Source of the DNA: Isurus oxyrinchus
Taxonomy: Eukaryota
Direction: 5' to 3'
Assembly: GCA_026770705.1 (NCBI GenBank)
Contig: JANJGN010000792.1
Coordinates: 124,001-188,000, forward strand
Length of the DNA stretch: 64,000 bases
This document shows positions 1-13,136 of this stretch, piece after piece. Within the stretch, counting starts at the first letter, position 1. Every line of letters starts with the position of its first letter. Position numbers and translations under genes: made by a program. The notes under the pieces are model-generated. The model had not been told where the DNA came from. It saw only the letters and a program-made list of their open reading frames with translations, and made no database searches.

Positions 1-20
1 CGTTAGTGTGCTTGCAGAAT

Positions 21-2400
21 TCTGTGTGTGTGTGTGTGTGTGTGGGTGTGTGTGTATTTATGTACGTGTGTGTGTGTGTGTGAGTGTGAGTCAGTGCATG
101 TATGTGTATGTGTGTGAGTGAATATGTTGTGTTTGTGTGTTTGTGCCTGTGCGTATTTGTCTCCGTGTCTGTTTATATTTGTGTGTGCGTGTTTGTGAGG
201 GAGAGAGTGAGATTGGAAGAGAAAGTGAGAGAGAGAGAGAGAGACTTTGTTATTGCTTGTATGTGCTTTTGCATTCCAGTGCGCCTGACTGTGAGTGTGT
301 GAGTGCGTGTGAGCAATTTAGTGTGTGTTTTCTGTGTACTTGCATGTATGTGTGTGTACATGCATATGTGCTGGTGTGTGTGAATGTTTGTGAATGTATT
401 TCTGTGTGTGTATGAGTGTGTGAGTGCATGTGTTTCTGCATATGTGTGCGCTTGCATTTGTGTGTGTACAAATGTGCATGAATTTACCTTTGTCTTTGTG
501 TTTGTAAGCGCGCATTCGAGTGTGTGTCTGCGTCTCTGCACTCTGAATATATCCATGTGTGTGTATAGCTGAGCCTGTATTTGTGTCTATGTGTGTGTGT
601 GTGCGTTTGCGTTTGTGTATGTGCGCCTTTGTGTGTATGAGAGACTATGTTTGTGCATGATTGTGCCTGCGTTTGAGTGTGCATGTCTGTGAGTTTGTGA
701 TTGTGTGTGAGTGATTCAGTTTGATTCTTCGTGTCTGTGTGTGAGCGTTTAATCTTCTGTGTGAGCATTTGTGTGTGTGTGCATGCATTTGCCTAGGTGT
801 GTGCATGGGTGTGTGTGTGTGCATGAGTTATTGAGTGCATGTTTTTCTTCATATGCGCGTTTGTGTTTCTCTGTTTGTTTCTGTGTGTGGGGTTTTTAAC
901 TGTGCCTGTGAGTGACTGTTTGATTTTGTGTCCGTGCATGCGCATACTCTGTCTCAGTTTATGTGAGACAGCAAGCGTGTGTGTGGAGGGGACAGAGGGA
1001 CTCTTTTTGTGCGTGTGTGTGTATGTGTGTTTCTGTCTCAATGTCTGTGCCTATATGCATGAGTATGTCTGTGTTTCAGTATGTTTATGTTGTTTGCGTG
1101 CTTCATTGTGCGTCTATCGGCTTTTGTGTGGTTGCATTTATGTGCACGAATATGTGTGGGCCTGTGTGTATGTGATTCTGTCCATGTGCCTCCGTGTGCA
1201 TGTCTGCCTGCTTGTGTGTTTGTGTTTGTTTGTGTGAGCGAGTTTTCGTGTATATAATTTTCTGTCTGCACGTCTATGTAAGCATGAATTTGTTTGTGTA
1301 TGTGTGTGTGCATGTTTGTGCGCATGTGTATGTTTCAGTATGTTTACTTTGCGTGCATGACTTTTTGTGCATCTATCTGTTGGTTTGCATTTATATGTAT
1401 ATGTATATGTGATCAATTGTGTGTTTTGCTTCTGTTTATTTACCTCTTTGTGCCCGTCTGTTTGTGCTTTTTGGGAGTTTCTGTGCATGTGGTGCATGTA
1501 CATGCATGTGTGTTTGTGTGTGTTTGTGCTTGCATGTGTGTGTGCAAGCACGCGCGTGTGACTGTGTGTGCGTCTGTGTGTGCGTGTGTATGTGTGTGTG
1601 TATGTGCATATGAATGTGTGAAAGCATGTTTTTCTGCATGCGTCTGTGTGTCTGTTTCAGCGTGTGTTTCAGTGCTCCTGAGACTGATTATGTGTGCTTC
1701 TGTGCGTGTGTGAGTGTATCTATGTGTGAGTTGTCTGAGTATGAGTGTGTCTGTATGTGTGAGAGAGAAACTGACTGTGCGGCTGTGTGAATGTGTTCTC
1801 ATGTATGTGTGCCCGAGTTGTATGTCTATCTATTGCTGCATGAGTGCGTGATTGTATTTAATCCTGTTTATGCTGTGTGTCCCTCTTTTTGAATCTATGT
1901 GTTTTTGTGTGTTTGTGTATTTGTGTTTGTGTATGTTTATGCCTATGTGTCTGTGAGTCTGTGACTGTATGCGCGTCTGTGTACTTATGTGTCTGTTTGT
2001 GACTGCTTGCTTTTGAGTGTGCGTGTGTGTCTGTGTGCTTCTCCCTGTGTGTTTATTTGCGTGCGTGTTTATGATTATGCTTCCATTTATTTTCCCCCAT
2101 GTTTCTGTGTGTGTCTGTGTGTGCATGTGTATCTATTTCCGTGACTTAGTTTCAGCTGGCGTGTCGATTGGTTTGATTATCTCTATGTGTATGTCCGCCA
2201 TTGTGTGTTTCTGCTTGTTTGTATGTCTTTGCGTTTGTGTATTTGTGTTTCTTTTTATGTGTGTGTGTGTGTGTGTGTGTGTGTCTGCGTGCGTGCGTGA
2301 ATGTACGTCCCTGTCTGTTTTTTTTTCTGTGCATATGCGTTTCCATGTGTGTTTCTGTGCGTATTTTCTCTGTGTGTGCGTGATTTTGTGTGTCTGCAGA
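21..2400. repeat. Degenerate (TG)n/(CA)n low-complexity tract, ~2.4 kb
   Basis: Continuous interrupted TG dinucleotide runs; every ORF here is a C/V- or H/T-rich artefact of the repeat. Confidence 0.95.
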
Positions 2401-3071
2401 GAGATTCCTGGCTTCTGATTTGTTTTCTAATAATCTGAGCACATGTTAATTTGTTAGCAGAAGAAAAATCTTATGTGTGCATCTGTGTTGCTGCCGGGAT
2501 AAGTGCTTGTTATGTTTTGCCTCTCTAGTTTTGTGCTGAATAACTTTTTGACACTTCATTTAATTTTTAACTTTACAACAAAGCCTGTTTTGTGACTGCT
2601 CCTAAAACATCGCAGCAGTGGAGAGGAATGCATCTTTCCAGGAAAGCATCTTTTTGCAATCAATAGAGAAGCGATGAAACGAGAAAAAATAACACAAATC
2701 TCTCCCTTGTGTGGAATGCAACCGCCACTCCTGACTCCTCCCAGTCACCTTCGGCTCACTGTTACTCATTACTCCTCCTATCACCCTTGGTTCCTCCTGT
2801 TATACAGTCGCTCCGAATTCAGCTTTGGTTGCCCACATTAGGTCTGGTTCGCCGTCAATGCTGCCTCCCCTTCCTCCTGACCTGTATTTTTTATCTTATT
2901 TATATTCTGCTTCCTTCCACTCTATCACAGACCTTCTCTGATGTTCTACGGGGCCAATTTAATTCTAAAAATCACAAGGTGCAGTTAATCAATTGGAGCT
3001 GACAAGATCTGCATCAAATTGGTAAATTCTTTCCCAGCCTAATGTTTATTTCATTTCCACCTTTCTTACAG

Positions 3072-3973
3072 TGAACATAATTACAATTGTGATCCTGAAA
3101 AGCAAAAACTGTGGTCTATCCAAATGTGTCACTTGTTACCTGGTGGCCATGGCAGTGGCCGATCTACTGGTCGTCATCCTGGACCTGATATTGAGACAGA
3201 TTCCGATTGTTTTTCGGGAACAGTTTTATTTCCTGGTTTCTATCCCCGTGTGTAATATCCACGCCGTCCTGCTCTATGCAGCAACTGACTGTTCTGTTTG
3301 GTTCACCGTTACTTTCACCTTTGATCGATTTGTGGTCATTTCTTGTACAAAGCTGAAAAGAAAATATTGCAGCGAGAGAACAGCGACTGTGGTGGTGGGA
3401 ACAGTGACCATTCTGAGCTGTTTAAAGAACCTTTTCTGGTATTTTATGTTTACAGGTCGGTATTGGTTGATGACAACCCCCTGGTTTTGTGAGGTCACAG
3501 TCGATGCTCAAATCTCTCCACTCTGGATAAAAATCGAGTTCCTCCATCACATTATAACTCCATGTGTACCATTTGTCCTGATTCTGCTGCTCAATGTTCT
3601 CACTGTCAGACACATTTTATTGAGCAGCAGAGCCCGCAGGAGACTCCGGGCTCACGGCAGTGGGCAGACTCCCAGAGACGCAGAGCTGGAGAGTCGAAGG
3701 AAATCCATCATTTTACTATTCGTGATTTCAGCCAATTTCATCCTGTTATGGTCAATGTTAATGGTTTATTCGCTATGGAGGCGGATGTGGAATTTGGGGT
3801 TTGCTTCTGTACAGTTGCATGGGTTTCTTAAGGAGTTGGGCTTCATGCTGCAGCTTTTCAGCTGCTGCACTAACACTGCGATTTATACTGTGACACAGAC
3901 GCCATTCAGACAGCAGTTGAAGAATGTTTTGAAATATCCCTTAAACCTATTCCTTCAATTCAAACAAGGATGA
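3072..3973 (+). CDS. GPR139-like class A orphan GPCR, main coding exon (exon 1 not found in window)
   Basis: Uninterrupted ~300-codon frame with hydrophobic TM segments and motifs CGLSKC, AMAVADLL (TM2), FTFDRF (TM3), RRKSIILLF (TM6), CTNTAIY (TM7). Begins after a polypyrimidine tract and AG acceptor (ctttcttacag|tg, AG at 3070-3071), a phase-1 intron inside TM1 matching the paralogue at 36834-40074. Confidence 0.9.
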
Positions 3974-4299
3974 GAAGAACTCTGTCGCTGAATGTTTCCA
4001 TTGTCTGGGCTTCCTGTCCATCATAGATATCCCTCACTGACTGAACAGAAAAAAATACACACACAATGCCGAACACCTCTCAATTCCATTGGCCAAGCTG
4101 ACTGCATATTATTGCTACCCATTATTGACAGGACAGAAAATAAAACATCTCCAGACATCTCTGTACCCCGGCACTGGCCAGACTGCCTGACCGTAATCAT
4201 GATACCTCAGGCTGATTGGACTGAAATCCAACTGTTGAAAACCAGGAGGGCAATTCCCACAGAGCACTGGGGGGAGGGGTCTCGCAAATTGAGGAAATA

Positions 4300-4600
4300 G
4301 GCAGGAAGTGAGAGAGAGCGAGGGGGCAGGTGGATAAGGCAGAGAGACAGAGACAGAGGAGGGATTGAGGACTTAGAGAAAGAAAGGCAGAGATTGAAGA
4401 TACTGTGAGAGAGACAGGGCGATAGAGATACAGCCAAATGGATAGAGGGAGCGAGACAAAGAGAGAGAGTGGAAAAATTGAGGAAAAAATTAGAGGGAGA
4501 CAAAGAGACATGCAGAAAAATGGGAGAGTGGAGCAATTGATGGAAAAAGTGAGAGAGGGGGACAGATGGTGTAACAAATGGGAATAGAAGGTCTGAATAG
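4300..4600. repeat. GA-rich low-complexity tract
   Basis: Interrupted (GA)n/GAGACA runs. Confidence 0.8.
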
Positions 4601-5359
4601 CACAAAGTAGCTGGTGACGATGTGGAAGTGTCTCCAATACGCAATGCGGTGCTGCTTTTGGGATCTTGCTGTGGGCAATCCGTTTGCAGCTTTTTCACAT
4701 TAAAACTTTAAGAAATAAACTACTTCATCCACAGTGGAACATCTCTGATGGTCTGGAATTGAATTGTGAAATGTTATGGGGCTCTCTAAATGTTTACTGC
4801 CATCCTTCAATGCTTCCTGGGATTTAGAGTAAATGACACATTGGACAGGTGAAATGTGTTGGTCTGGTGGGGGTGTGGTTTTTGGAAGCTATCAGCAGTT
4901 GTATCCCCCATCCCATTTTTATAGGGGAACGTAGGCGCTTCTGAAGATTGGGTGATAGTGGGGGAAGGATACATGGCTAATGACACATCGCAGCTTGTTG
5001 GACCATGCTGCGGACAGTTTAACTGCAGCCTCTCCTGAGTTGTAACAAGGGCGTCACAGGGTCAATGAGTTTTACTGAGGATTTGATTGTGGCTAGCATC
5101 CATTTTACACACCTGTCACAAACCCCCACACCCCAGAAATCTCTACATAAGTCATTTGTAAATATAATACATGACCACCGTGTTGTCAGTCATGTTTTAA
5201 AACAGAGACAGGAAGGCATTCAGTGCGCATTTCAATCAAGATCAATCCTGAGATAAGCAGAAAAACTGAAAGTGAAATTGACTGGACAGAGTGGTCATGT
5301 GGTGTGCTGCAGTTAATGGGAAAACGGCAATCCTGGACTGAATGGCTACAGGATGTCTC

Positions 5360-7110
5360 ATAGACTCATGGGCGTGTTCAGCAAAGAAGGAGGCCATTGG
5401 CCCATCCTGTCCACGGCAATCAACAAACACCTGGCTACACTAATCCTATTTGACAGGCCTTGGCCCAGAGCCCTGGAGGCTGTGGTAACTCAAGTGAATA
5501 TCTTAAAACTTCTTAAGTGTTATGAGACATGTTGACTGAGCCACCGAATCAAGCAGTGCTTTCCGTGCACCTACCATGCCCCTGGTGAAATATATTCTCC
5601 TCAGCTCCCCCATTCACCTTCTTCATCTTACCTTCAATCTTTGGCCCCTGGTTATTGACTCCACTACAAAGGGAAAGTTTATCTTTCTCTCCACCCTATC
5701 TATGACGTCATAATACTATCACGTCTGCTCTCAAACTTTGCTGATCCCTGGGAAAGAACAACAGCCTACTAAATATTTCTTCATAGGTCAGGCCCTCCAG
5801 TCCAGGTAACATCCCCGTATATTCCTTCTGCACCCACTTTGCTCAATTACATTCTGCCTTTAACGTGGTATCAGGACCAGAGGTCTTGTGGCCTCAGCAT
5901 AGTTTTGTAGATTTCCAGCATAACCTCACTGCCCTTATATTCTCAGCCTAGACTAATAAAGCCACCTATCCCATATGCCTTCTTAACCAACTGGTGGACC
6001 TGTGCTGCTACCCTCTGGGATCTGTCGATATTTGCACCAAGATCCCACTGATCTTCAATACTTTCTGCGGCTCTACTCATCATAGTGCAATCTCTTGCCT
6101 GTTTTGCCTTCAGCAAGCGCCTTACCTCATTCTTTTCCGAGTTGAATTCCATTTGGCACTACTCTGCCCAGCTGCCAAGTCCATTGACATACTCTTCGAG
6201 TTTAGGGCTATTCATCTCACTATTTACCACCCTGCAATTTTAGTGTCATCCGAGATCTTCTTGATCATACCCCCCTAAATTCAACTCCAAATCATATATG
6301 TACATCCTAAACAGAAAGGTTACCAGCACCGAGCACTGCATAACCCCACTGGAAACAGACTAATAGTCACATAAACATCCCTCTACCATGACACGCTGCT
6401 TCCTGCCTCTCAGCCAATTTAGGATCCAACGTGACACTTTGCCTTGGATCCCATGTGTATTTATTTGATTGACCGGCCGGCCTTGAAGGATGTACTAAAG
6501 CCTTACTAGAGCCCATGTAAACGCCAAAAGTACATTACACTGATCAACACTCCTAATAACCTCTTCAAAAAATTCGATCAAGTATGGCAAACACGACTTT
6601 CCATTAACAAATCCATGCCGACGATCAGTGATTAGCCCTTGTCCCTCTAACTGCCTATATATTAAGTCCCTATAAATCGTTCCTGGTAATGACCTACCAC
6701 TTAGGTTCGGCTGACCGGCCTCTGCTTTGCTGATCGGTGCCATCATCATGTTTTTTAAATAATGGGACACCGTTGATATTCTTCCAATTCTCTGACATCT
6801 CACCTGTGACGAATGAGGATTTGGCAATTATTCCCAGAGCCCCTTAAGCCCCTTATTTAACATCTCTTGCCTCCATCAAAAGCAGGAGATACATTTCACC
6901 CGGATCTGTGCTTTGCTCCATTTTTAAATCCCCTGAACCAGCTAGTCACTCCTCTCTCTCTTTGCTAATTTCATTTAAAATTTCATAGCCCTCCTCGCCG
7001 ATGTTGATAACTGTGTCGCCCTGTTCCTCTACATGTTTCAATATTTTAATCTGATCCCTTCTCAGAGGAAACAATATCTAACTGTGAGAGAGTGATGTTA
7101 AGTATCTCTC
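5360..7110 (-). mobile_element. CR1 LINE, degenerate 3' part (RT region to tail)
   Basis: Minus-strand ORF 6495-6827 has the CR1 RT-like RRHGFVNGKSCLPYLIEFFEEV; 5943-6152 has MEFNSEKNEV...VKKAYG. Confidence 0.85.
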
Positions 7111-7126
7111 AAGAGCGTCAAAATAC

Positions 7127-9091
7127 CTAGGAGACCTTGGTAGAGACAGCAGTTCTTGCAAGAAAAAACATGAAGGCACAGTCTCTCATATACAAACTTG
7201 GAGGCGACCCCAAGAAAGCTGCCCAACATCCAAATGTGTCTGCTAACCAATTTGCACACCAGTGGCTCCTAAATGGAAAAATCGACAAGAAACAACCAAG
7301 AGTACAAATAGATAGGAAGATGTACAGCGATGACCCTGTCTTCACTGGACCATTCACCATGGAAGGGGTGGAAACTTTTATATCTAGCCTAAAACACAGG
7401 AAAGAAATTGGTCTTGACAACTTATCAACGGAGCAAATAAAGCATTTTGGACAGCAAGCAAAAAAGTGGCTCCTACAATTATTCAACCACTGTCTGGCAA
7501 AACACAAGCTTACAAATATTTGGAAGAAGGTACATGTAATAGCACTATTAAAGCCCGGAAAAGATCCATCAGATCCTAAGAGCTTTTGGCCAATTTCACT
7601 GATTTGCCAAACCAATAAGCTATTTGAATGCCTGATACTCAGTAGGATAGCACCAAGTGTAAATGAGAAGATCATTCCAGAGCAAGCAGTTTTCTGCCCC
7701 GGCAAATCAACAACAAGTCAACTGCTCAACCCCACACAACATATCGAAGATGGTTTTGAGCAACGGATACTAACAGGTGCTGTTTTTTGTAGACCTGTCA
7801 GCAGCATACAATACAGTGAAACATAGAGGTCTCATCCACAAGATCCTTGAGATGAGAAAAGATATTCATTTAACAGAGCTGTTAGAAATCATGCTTCAGA
7901 GTGGCCTGTTCTATATTGAACTGATTGGGAAGCGCAGCAGATGGCATATTCAGAACAATGAATTTCCTGAGGGAAGCGTGCTTGCACCACTGCTGTACAA
8001 TGTCTTCACGAATGACCAACTTATAGACGGTGTCACACGCCTTTTTATATATGCTGATGCCTTATGTGTCACTGCTCAAAGCACTGATTTTAACGCTGTG
8101 GAGAAAACACTTTCTGAGGAAAATTTACTTTGTGCAAACGCATCAGAGACTCAGGTTTGTGCATTCCACCTCAGGAACCATGAAGCCAAACGCCAGCTTA
8201 AAGTAACCTGGTGTGGAGCAACACTGACGCATTGTGAGTGCCCTATCTACGTAGGAGTCACCCTTGACAGATGGCCCACCTTCAAAAACCACATCGAAAA
8301 GACAAAGGCAAAAGTGAGGGCACAAAACAAGATCTTGAATAAGATCACTAACACAAAATGGGGAGCAAGGTCAAAAACATTGCGAATCAGTGCACTTGTT
8401 CTTTCTTATCGCACTGCCGAATACGCCTGCACAGCATCGGAAATATTTACTCATGCTAAGAAGATGGATGCCGTTCTGAATGCAAGGTGCTGAATTATCA
8501 CAGTTTGCTTAAAACCAACAAACACCAACAGCTCGTACATGCTGGCGGGTATCACTCCCCCTGATATATGAAGAATAGTAACCAGCAAGAAAGAGCGACT
8601 CCATCAAACATCAGGTGAGAGGCACAGTCTACATGACCATACACCATACACCTACACCCTGCCGCCTAAAGTCAAGGAAGAGCTTCATGAACAGTGTTGT
8701 TCCATTACAATCAACTCCATCCGAAGCCCACAATGCCTAGTGGAAGGACCGGCTTGCCAGTCTCAAAGAACTCCCAGTGATGGAAATTCTACCGGATGAA
8801 AGCCTTCCCCAGGACCTAATTGCAACTGGGCAACCTGGAAGTGCCTTAAAAGACTTGGGACTAGTGTAGGTCGTTCAAAGGTGTCACGAGGTCAATAGGG
8901 ATATGCAACCAGCCCGACTACTTGTGAATATGAAACTGAGCCACAGATGATGCAACATTTCCTGCAATGGCGATCGCTAGAGGAAACTGCACTGTTGCAA
9001 ATCTTGCCGAATTCAACAACAAGGCGCAAAAATGTGTCCAGTTCTGGCTGGGCCATGTATAGACTCGCCGTGGACATGATAAGAAGAAGAA
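7127..9091 (+). mobile_element. RTE-X-like non-LTR retrotransposon, 5'-truncated, frameshifted RT
   Basis: Overlapping ORFs 7137-7826 and 7777-8493 with ALLKPGKDP, WPISL, VDLSAAYNTV, FPEGSVLAPLLYN, FIYADAL (YADD-like), GVTLDR and KWGA; C-terminal Cys/His-like segment near 8920-9060; 3' tail gataagaagaagaa. Confidence 0.8.
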
Positions 9092-9200
9092 TTTGAAACA
9101 AAAAGAAATGCTGGAAAAACTCAGCAGGCCTGACAGCATCCGTGGAGAGAAAGACAGATTTAACGATTCGAATCCGAATGACCCTTTTTCAGAACATTGA
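9092..9200 (-). repeat. Penelope-like element terminal repeat fragment with degenerate hammerhead-like core
   Basis: gaaatgctggaaaaactcagcagg...gcatccgtggagaga motif recurring across the window; reverse strand reads ctgaaaaagggtcattcggattcgaatcgtta. Confidence 0.65.
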
Positions 9201-9390
9201 AGGTTTTAAAACTCTTCTATTTTAAACCTCTCATTTCCTACACCTCTTCTGTTTCACAATTATCAGATAGGGGGAAAATATAGGCAAATGAGGTGCATTA
9301 AAGACCGATCAATCAGAGCAGTTCTCGGTCGATAAGAAAAGTAAATGCTGAATAATCTGGTTATTCCCTGCAAAAGTCTGGCACTGGAAA

Positions 9391-9779
9391 ATTTCGGAAC
9401 GGGAACTAGTGGCGCGAAAGCTCGGGCCAAGGCCAATTCCACTCATCCCGGGCCGGACTGCAGTTCATTGTGGGCCATGTTCATTGTTTCTTGTGAAATG
9501 GGAATTATGCTGATCGTGTGGGTGCCGGAGCCCCGGTCAATCTGGCTGCTCTGCTCGAGTATCTGACGCTGAAATCCTCGAGCTGGCCGGGAAAACGACC
9601 CCCGGACAACAAGAGGAGCCGCATCGTCCCCAGAGACCTGCAGCTGTCGTTCCGCAACCATCAGGATCTCAATCAACTGCTGGGAGGTGTGACCAGCGCG
9701 CAGGCCGGGGGCGCTGCCTAATATCCAGGCCGGGCTGCTGCCCAGGAAAAGCAGCTCTGTGAGCTCAAATAGCAAGTAA
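9391..9779 (+). pseudogene. Histone H2A pseudogene (replication-dependent type)
   Basis: Fragmentary translation [78 protein letters not shown]; ATG lost, several frameshifts, stop at 9777-9779. Confidence 0.9.
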
Positions 9780-9811
9780 TGTAGAGAAAGTTTCACCTGA
9801 ATAAGCCCAAA

Positions 9812-9827
9812 GGCTCTTTTCAGAGCT
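9812..9827 (+). terminator. Histone mRNA 3' stem-loop of the H2A pseudogene
   Basis: ggctcttttcagagct, 15/16 match to GGCTCTTTTCAGAGCC, ~30 nt after the stop, followed by a purine-rich HDE-like gaaagga. Confidence 0.85.
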
Positions 9828-10989
9828 CTCCACAGTCTGTGTGAAAGGATTGTTTACTGTCCGAAAAGTTTCACTCATGTAATGATACCAGAAATGAGCG
9901 GAGTGGAATGAGTTGGGGAAAAGAGTTCGATGTTTGAGGCCGTGAAAGGTATTTACAGACATTCATTACTGTCCTAGTTCCTAGTAATAACTATGAGATT
10001 AATCTGTTCCCATGTGTGAGATTCAGCTGTTGGCACTATATCCTGTTCTAACTGAATTGTTTAAAATGATACAAAATCCTGAAATGTAAGCACTGAATAC
10101 AATAGCTAAAAGGCGCGAGGCGATTCCCAAGAGATCAAAAACATTGTTCAATTCTCCAGAGCAATTGAATTATAGCGGCCAGTTTAACCAATTCAGACAA
10201 TGCTGGTTACATCCGCAGGTTGGGCCACGTTTGCTTCTTAGTTTGCCCAGTATACCGGCGTCAGACCCATTCAAGGACTGGACGAATAACACAACCCCGG
10301 CCCTTTTTTCAGTTTACCCGCATTTATTTCCCTACACCTTCTGCTCACACATATCCCCTTCTAAAAATAATGTTTGAAAACAACAATTCTTTATAAATCA
10401 GCAACATTATTCATTAATCCAAGAAAGCCTGTCATCTGAGGCCTGTCATGTATGGAAAAAGTTGTTTCTGAATTCTAGGTCAGATATCAGACACATGCTA
10501 CATTAAGTAAAGATCAGCCGCATTGCTGGAATCAGACACAGGTCACTGGTTACAGATCGGTCATGCTCACCATGAATTGGTCAACATGTGTCTCCAGGCA
10601 CAGTGCCTTTAGATGACCCCTGAAATGGTCCAACAAAACACTGGGTGTTATTAAAATAACTCAGCTGTAAAGAACACTTAGGGGGCTAAAAAAAAAACCC
10701 ACTGCTGATTCTGTTGAAAACCAGAAAATGCTCCAATCTGTACTGACAGTATCTGTGGAAAGAAAAAACAGAGTTCATGCTTTGAGTAGAATATGATTCA
10801 CCAACAGAACTTAGTTGGATAGAGTCCTTTTCTAAGGATACATTCGACAATAATGACTGACACTGTATTCATTTCACCCACAATATCCCTGACTAAACTA
10901 CATGATATTGGACAAGATGTCAGAATGTTATCAGCAGAATGTTGTCAGCTGAATACACTGTCCTTCCACATCTGAAACGTTACCCAACT

Positions 10990-11340
10990 CCGAGCCCCAC
11001 TCAGCTCATCAGCTGCTGAAACCCTCATCTTTGAGACTTGATTATTCAACTGTTCCCCTGGCCAGCCTCCCATCTTCCACCCTACATATGGTTGTGCTCA
11101 TCAAAAAGTCTGCTGCCCGAAACTTCACCAGAACCAATTTCAGTTCCCCAATCACACATTATTTGCTGACCCACACTGGCTCCTGGCTTGTCAGTACCTC
11201 AACTTTAAAATTCTCATCCTTACATTCAAATCCCTACATGACCCCGCCCTTCCCCTTCTCTGGAGCCTCCTCAAGCCCAACACATCTTCCAGATTTCTCT
11301 CACCACAGCTGGACAAATGCAGCCTTCTTATGTCCATAAA
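10990..11340 (+). mobile_element. L2 LINE 3' fragment
   Basis: gctgctgaaaccctcatc...RLDYS..LASLP...ctgctgccc...tttaaaattctcatcct, typical of the L2 ORF2 3' end. Confidence 0.7.
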
Positions 11341-11889
11341 GTGCTTGGTACCGAACATCAGATAATTGTCGCGGATCATTGTTCCATCACCTTCACGATT
11401 TCGGCCGTTTCTCAATCCAGCAGTTCATGTAGAAAATAACTCGTGGAATCATAAAACCCTACCGTTCAGAAAGAAGCATTTCTGCCCCTCGAGCCTTGGA
11501 AAGTGTTGTCAGTTTTGGCCCACAATTCAGCTGTTCCCCATCATCCTGTGAATCAGTTCTCTTTAGTTCTACCTGAATCTGATTCCTCCATCCTGCCACA
11601 TAGAGAAACAAAATATGGTGCACACTGGAAACATGAAAGGGACTAAAAACGTTGGAATTTCTCATAATGTCAGGACCATCTGTGGAAATAAACGGAGCCA
11701 ACTGCTCAACCAATCAATATTCATCAAAACTGAAGAAAGGCATAAATGTAACAATTGGGAATTACGAAGTCTGTGAGGATGGTGGGCAGGATACAAATGG
11801 CTTATTGTACAAAGGCCAATGAGATTTGTAATTGATATAGTAAACAAAGAAATAGTCTGCTTCGCTCATATTGTCGAATGTTTTGGTGA

Positions 11890-12830
11890 GGTAGGTGAAG
11901 GCATTCGTTCACGTCATTTTACTTGCATCTGCCGGGCTGAGAAGGTGATGTCAATTGTAGATCTTTCACTTATGAAACCAAACGTGGATTCGGATGAGAG
12001 GCGTTCTCCCAAGATCGGCAGTCTGACAAGGGCAGCGTGTGCAAATACCTTTCCCATGATGCTCAGCAGGGTGATGCCTGGATAGTTGTTGCAATCACTG
12101 TGGCCATTTTTGTTATTGTGCAGCGTCACAATATTTGCATTGTACATTTCCTTGGCCACTGCCCCCTCGCTCCAGCAGAGATAGAGAACTTCGTGCAGCT
12201 GCAGCAGGAATGCCTATTTTCTGTGTTTGTTGAGTGCAGGCGGGCTAGTATCAACATCTGCAGCTTTGCCTATGGCAAGCGATTGAGTATGTTTGCTAAG
12301 GTCTTCACCGTCGCTTCGACATGCAGCTCTGCTAAGGCAGGCAGGCTTTCTCCCGTGTCTAGATCTTCCTAGGTGACAATGTTTACCCTATCATGCCCCT
12401 CAAGGAGGAGTTCCACCATCTGTCCAGCTATTTATTGCAGCAAGTGATGGCTTCCACTGGCGTTGATTTCATTTATGTTATTTTTGTTTTGCTGATGAAT
12501 CTGCTGCCTATTTGATCCCTTAATCCACCCCCACCCACCCCCACCCCCACACTCCCCAACACCGACACCCCTGTGTGGAAGGACATCTCAATGTTCTGGC
12601 AGTTTTGTAGCCAGTAGTCACTGATGCACCACCTGGCAGCATGTTGGACTTTTACCTCAAATGGTTCCTACGGCATTCAGAGTTTTGTTATTCGAATCTT
12701 TCTTGTAAATAATGAATGGACCGCTTGGCTTCAATGGCAGCTTCGACCACAGTGATGCTAGCCTCGAAGCAATCAGTGCTTTCCCGATACTGCTACACAT
12801 ATGTTTAGAGTGTGGCATTGGAGACACTGT
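11890..12830 (-). mobile_element. RTE (BovB-like) LINE fragment
   Basis: ORF 11914-12159 ANIVTLHNNKNGHSDCNNYPGITLLSIMGKVFA...GFISERSTIDITFSARQMQ matches the RTE RT N-terminal region. Confidence 0.8.
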
Positions 12831-13136
12831 CTCAAAGTTTGTTCCATTTCGCTTCTGCGCTCTGTATGTTCAACTTAGTTTATAGAGGAAAGTGTCTTGA
12901 AGTTTAATATTTAAACACAGTTGAAAATGGTCTCGAAACATCTGCATTCCAATAGAAATCATACAAAACGGTATAGTCACACCAATTCTTGTCATAAAGT
13001 CTTCCCAGATCTTTTAACATTCTGCCACTAATTTTCGGTCTTTTATGACCATTGCTGCGATTCTGACCATTGACAATCTCACTCCCTCAGCAGGTTCTTA
13101 TCAGGCTTTGTCCACTATTATTAATTTCCCTATCAG

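Noticed and set aside
102-2442. Many overlapping 60-140 aa ORFs
   Set aside because: Artefacts of the TG/CA repeat (Cys/Val or His/Thr runs).
3071-3073. GTG start codon of the 300-aa GPCR ORF
   Set aside because: The G is the last base of the splice acceptor; the paralogue shows a separate exon 1.
4197-4698. 146- and 163-aa Leu/Ser-rich minus-strand ORFs
   Set aside because: Translation of the GA/TC low-complexity tract.
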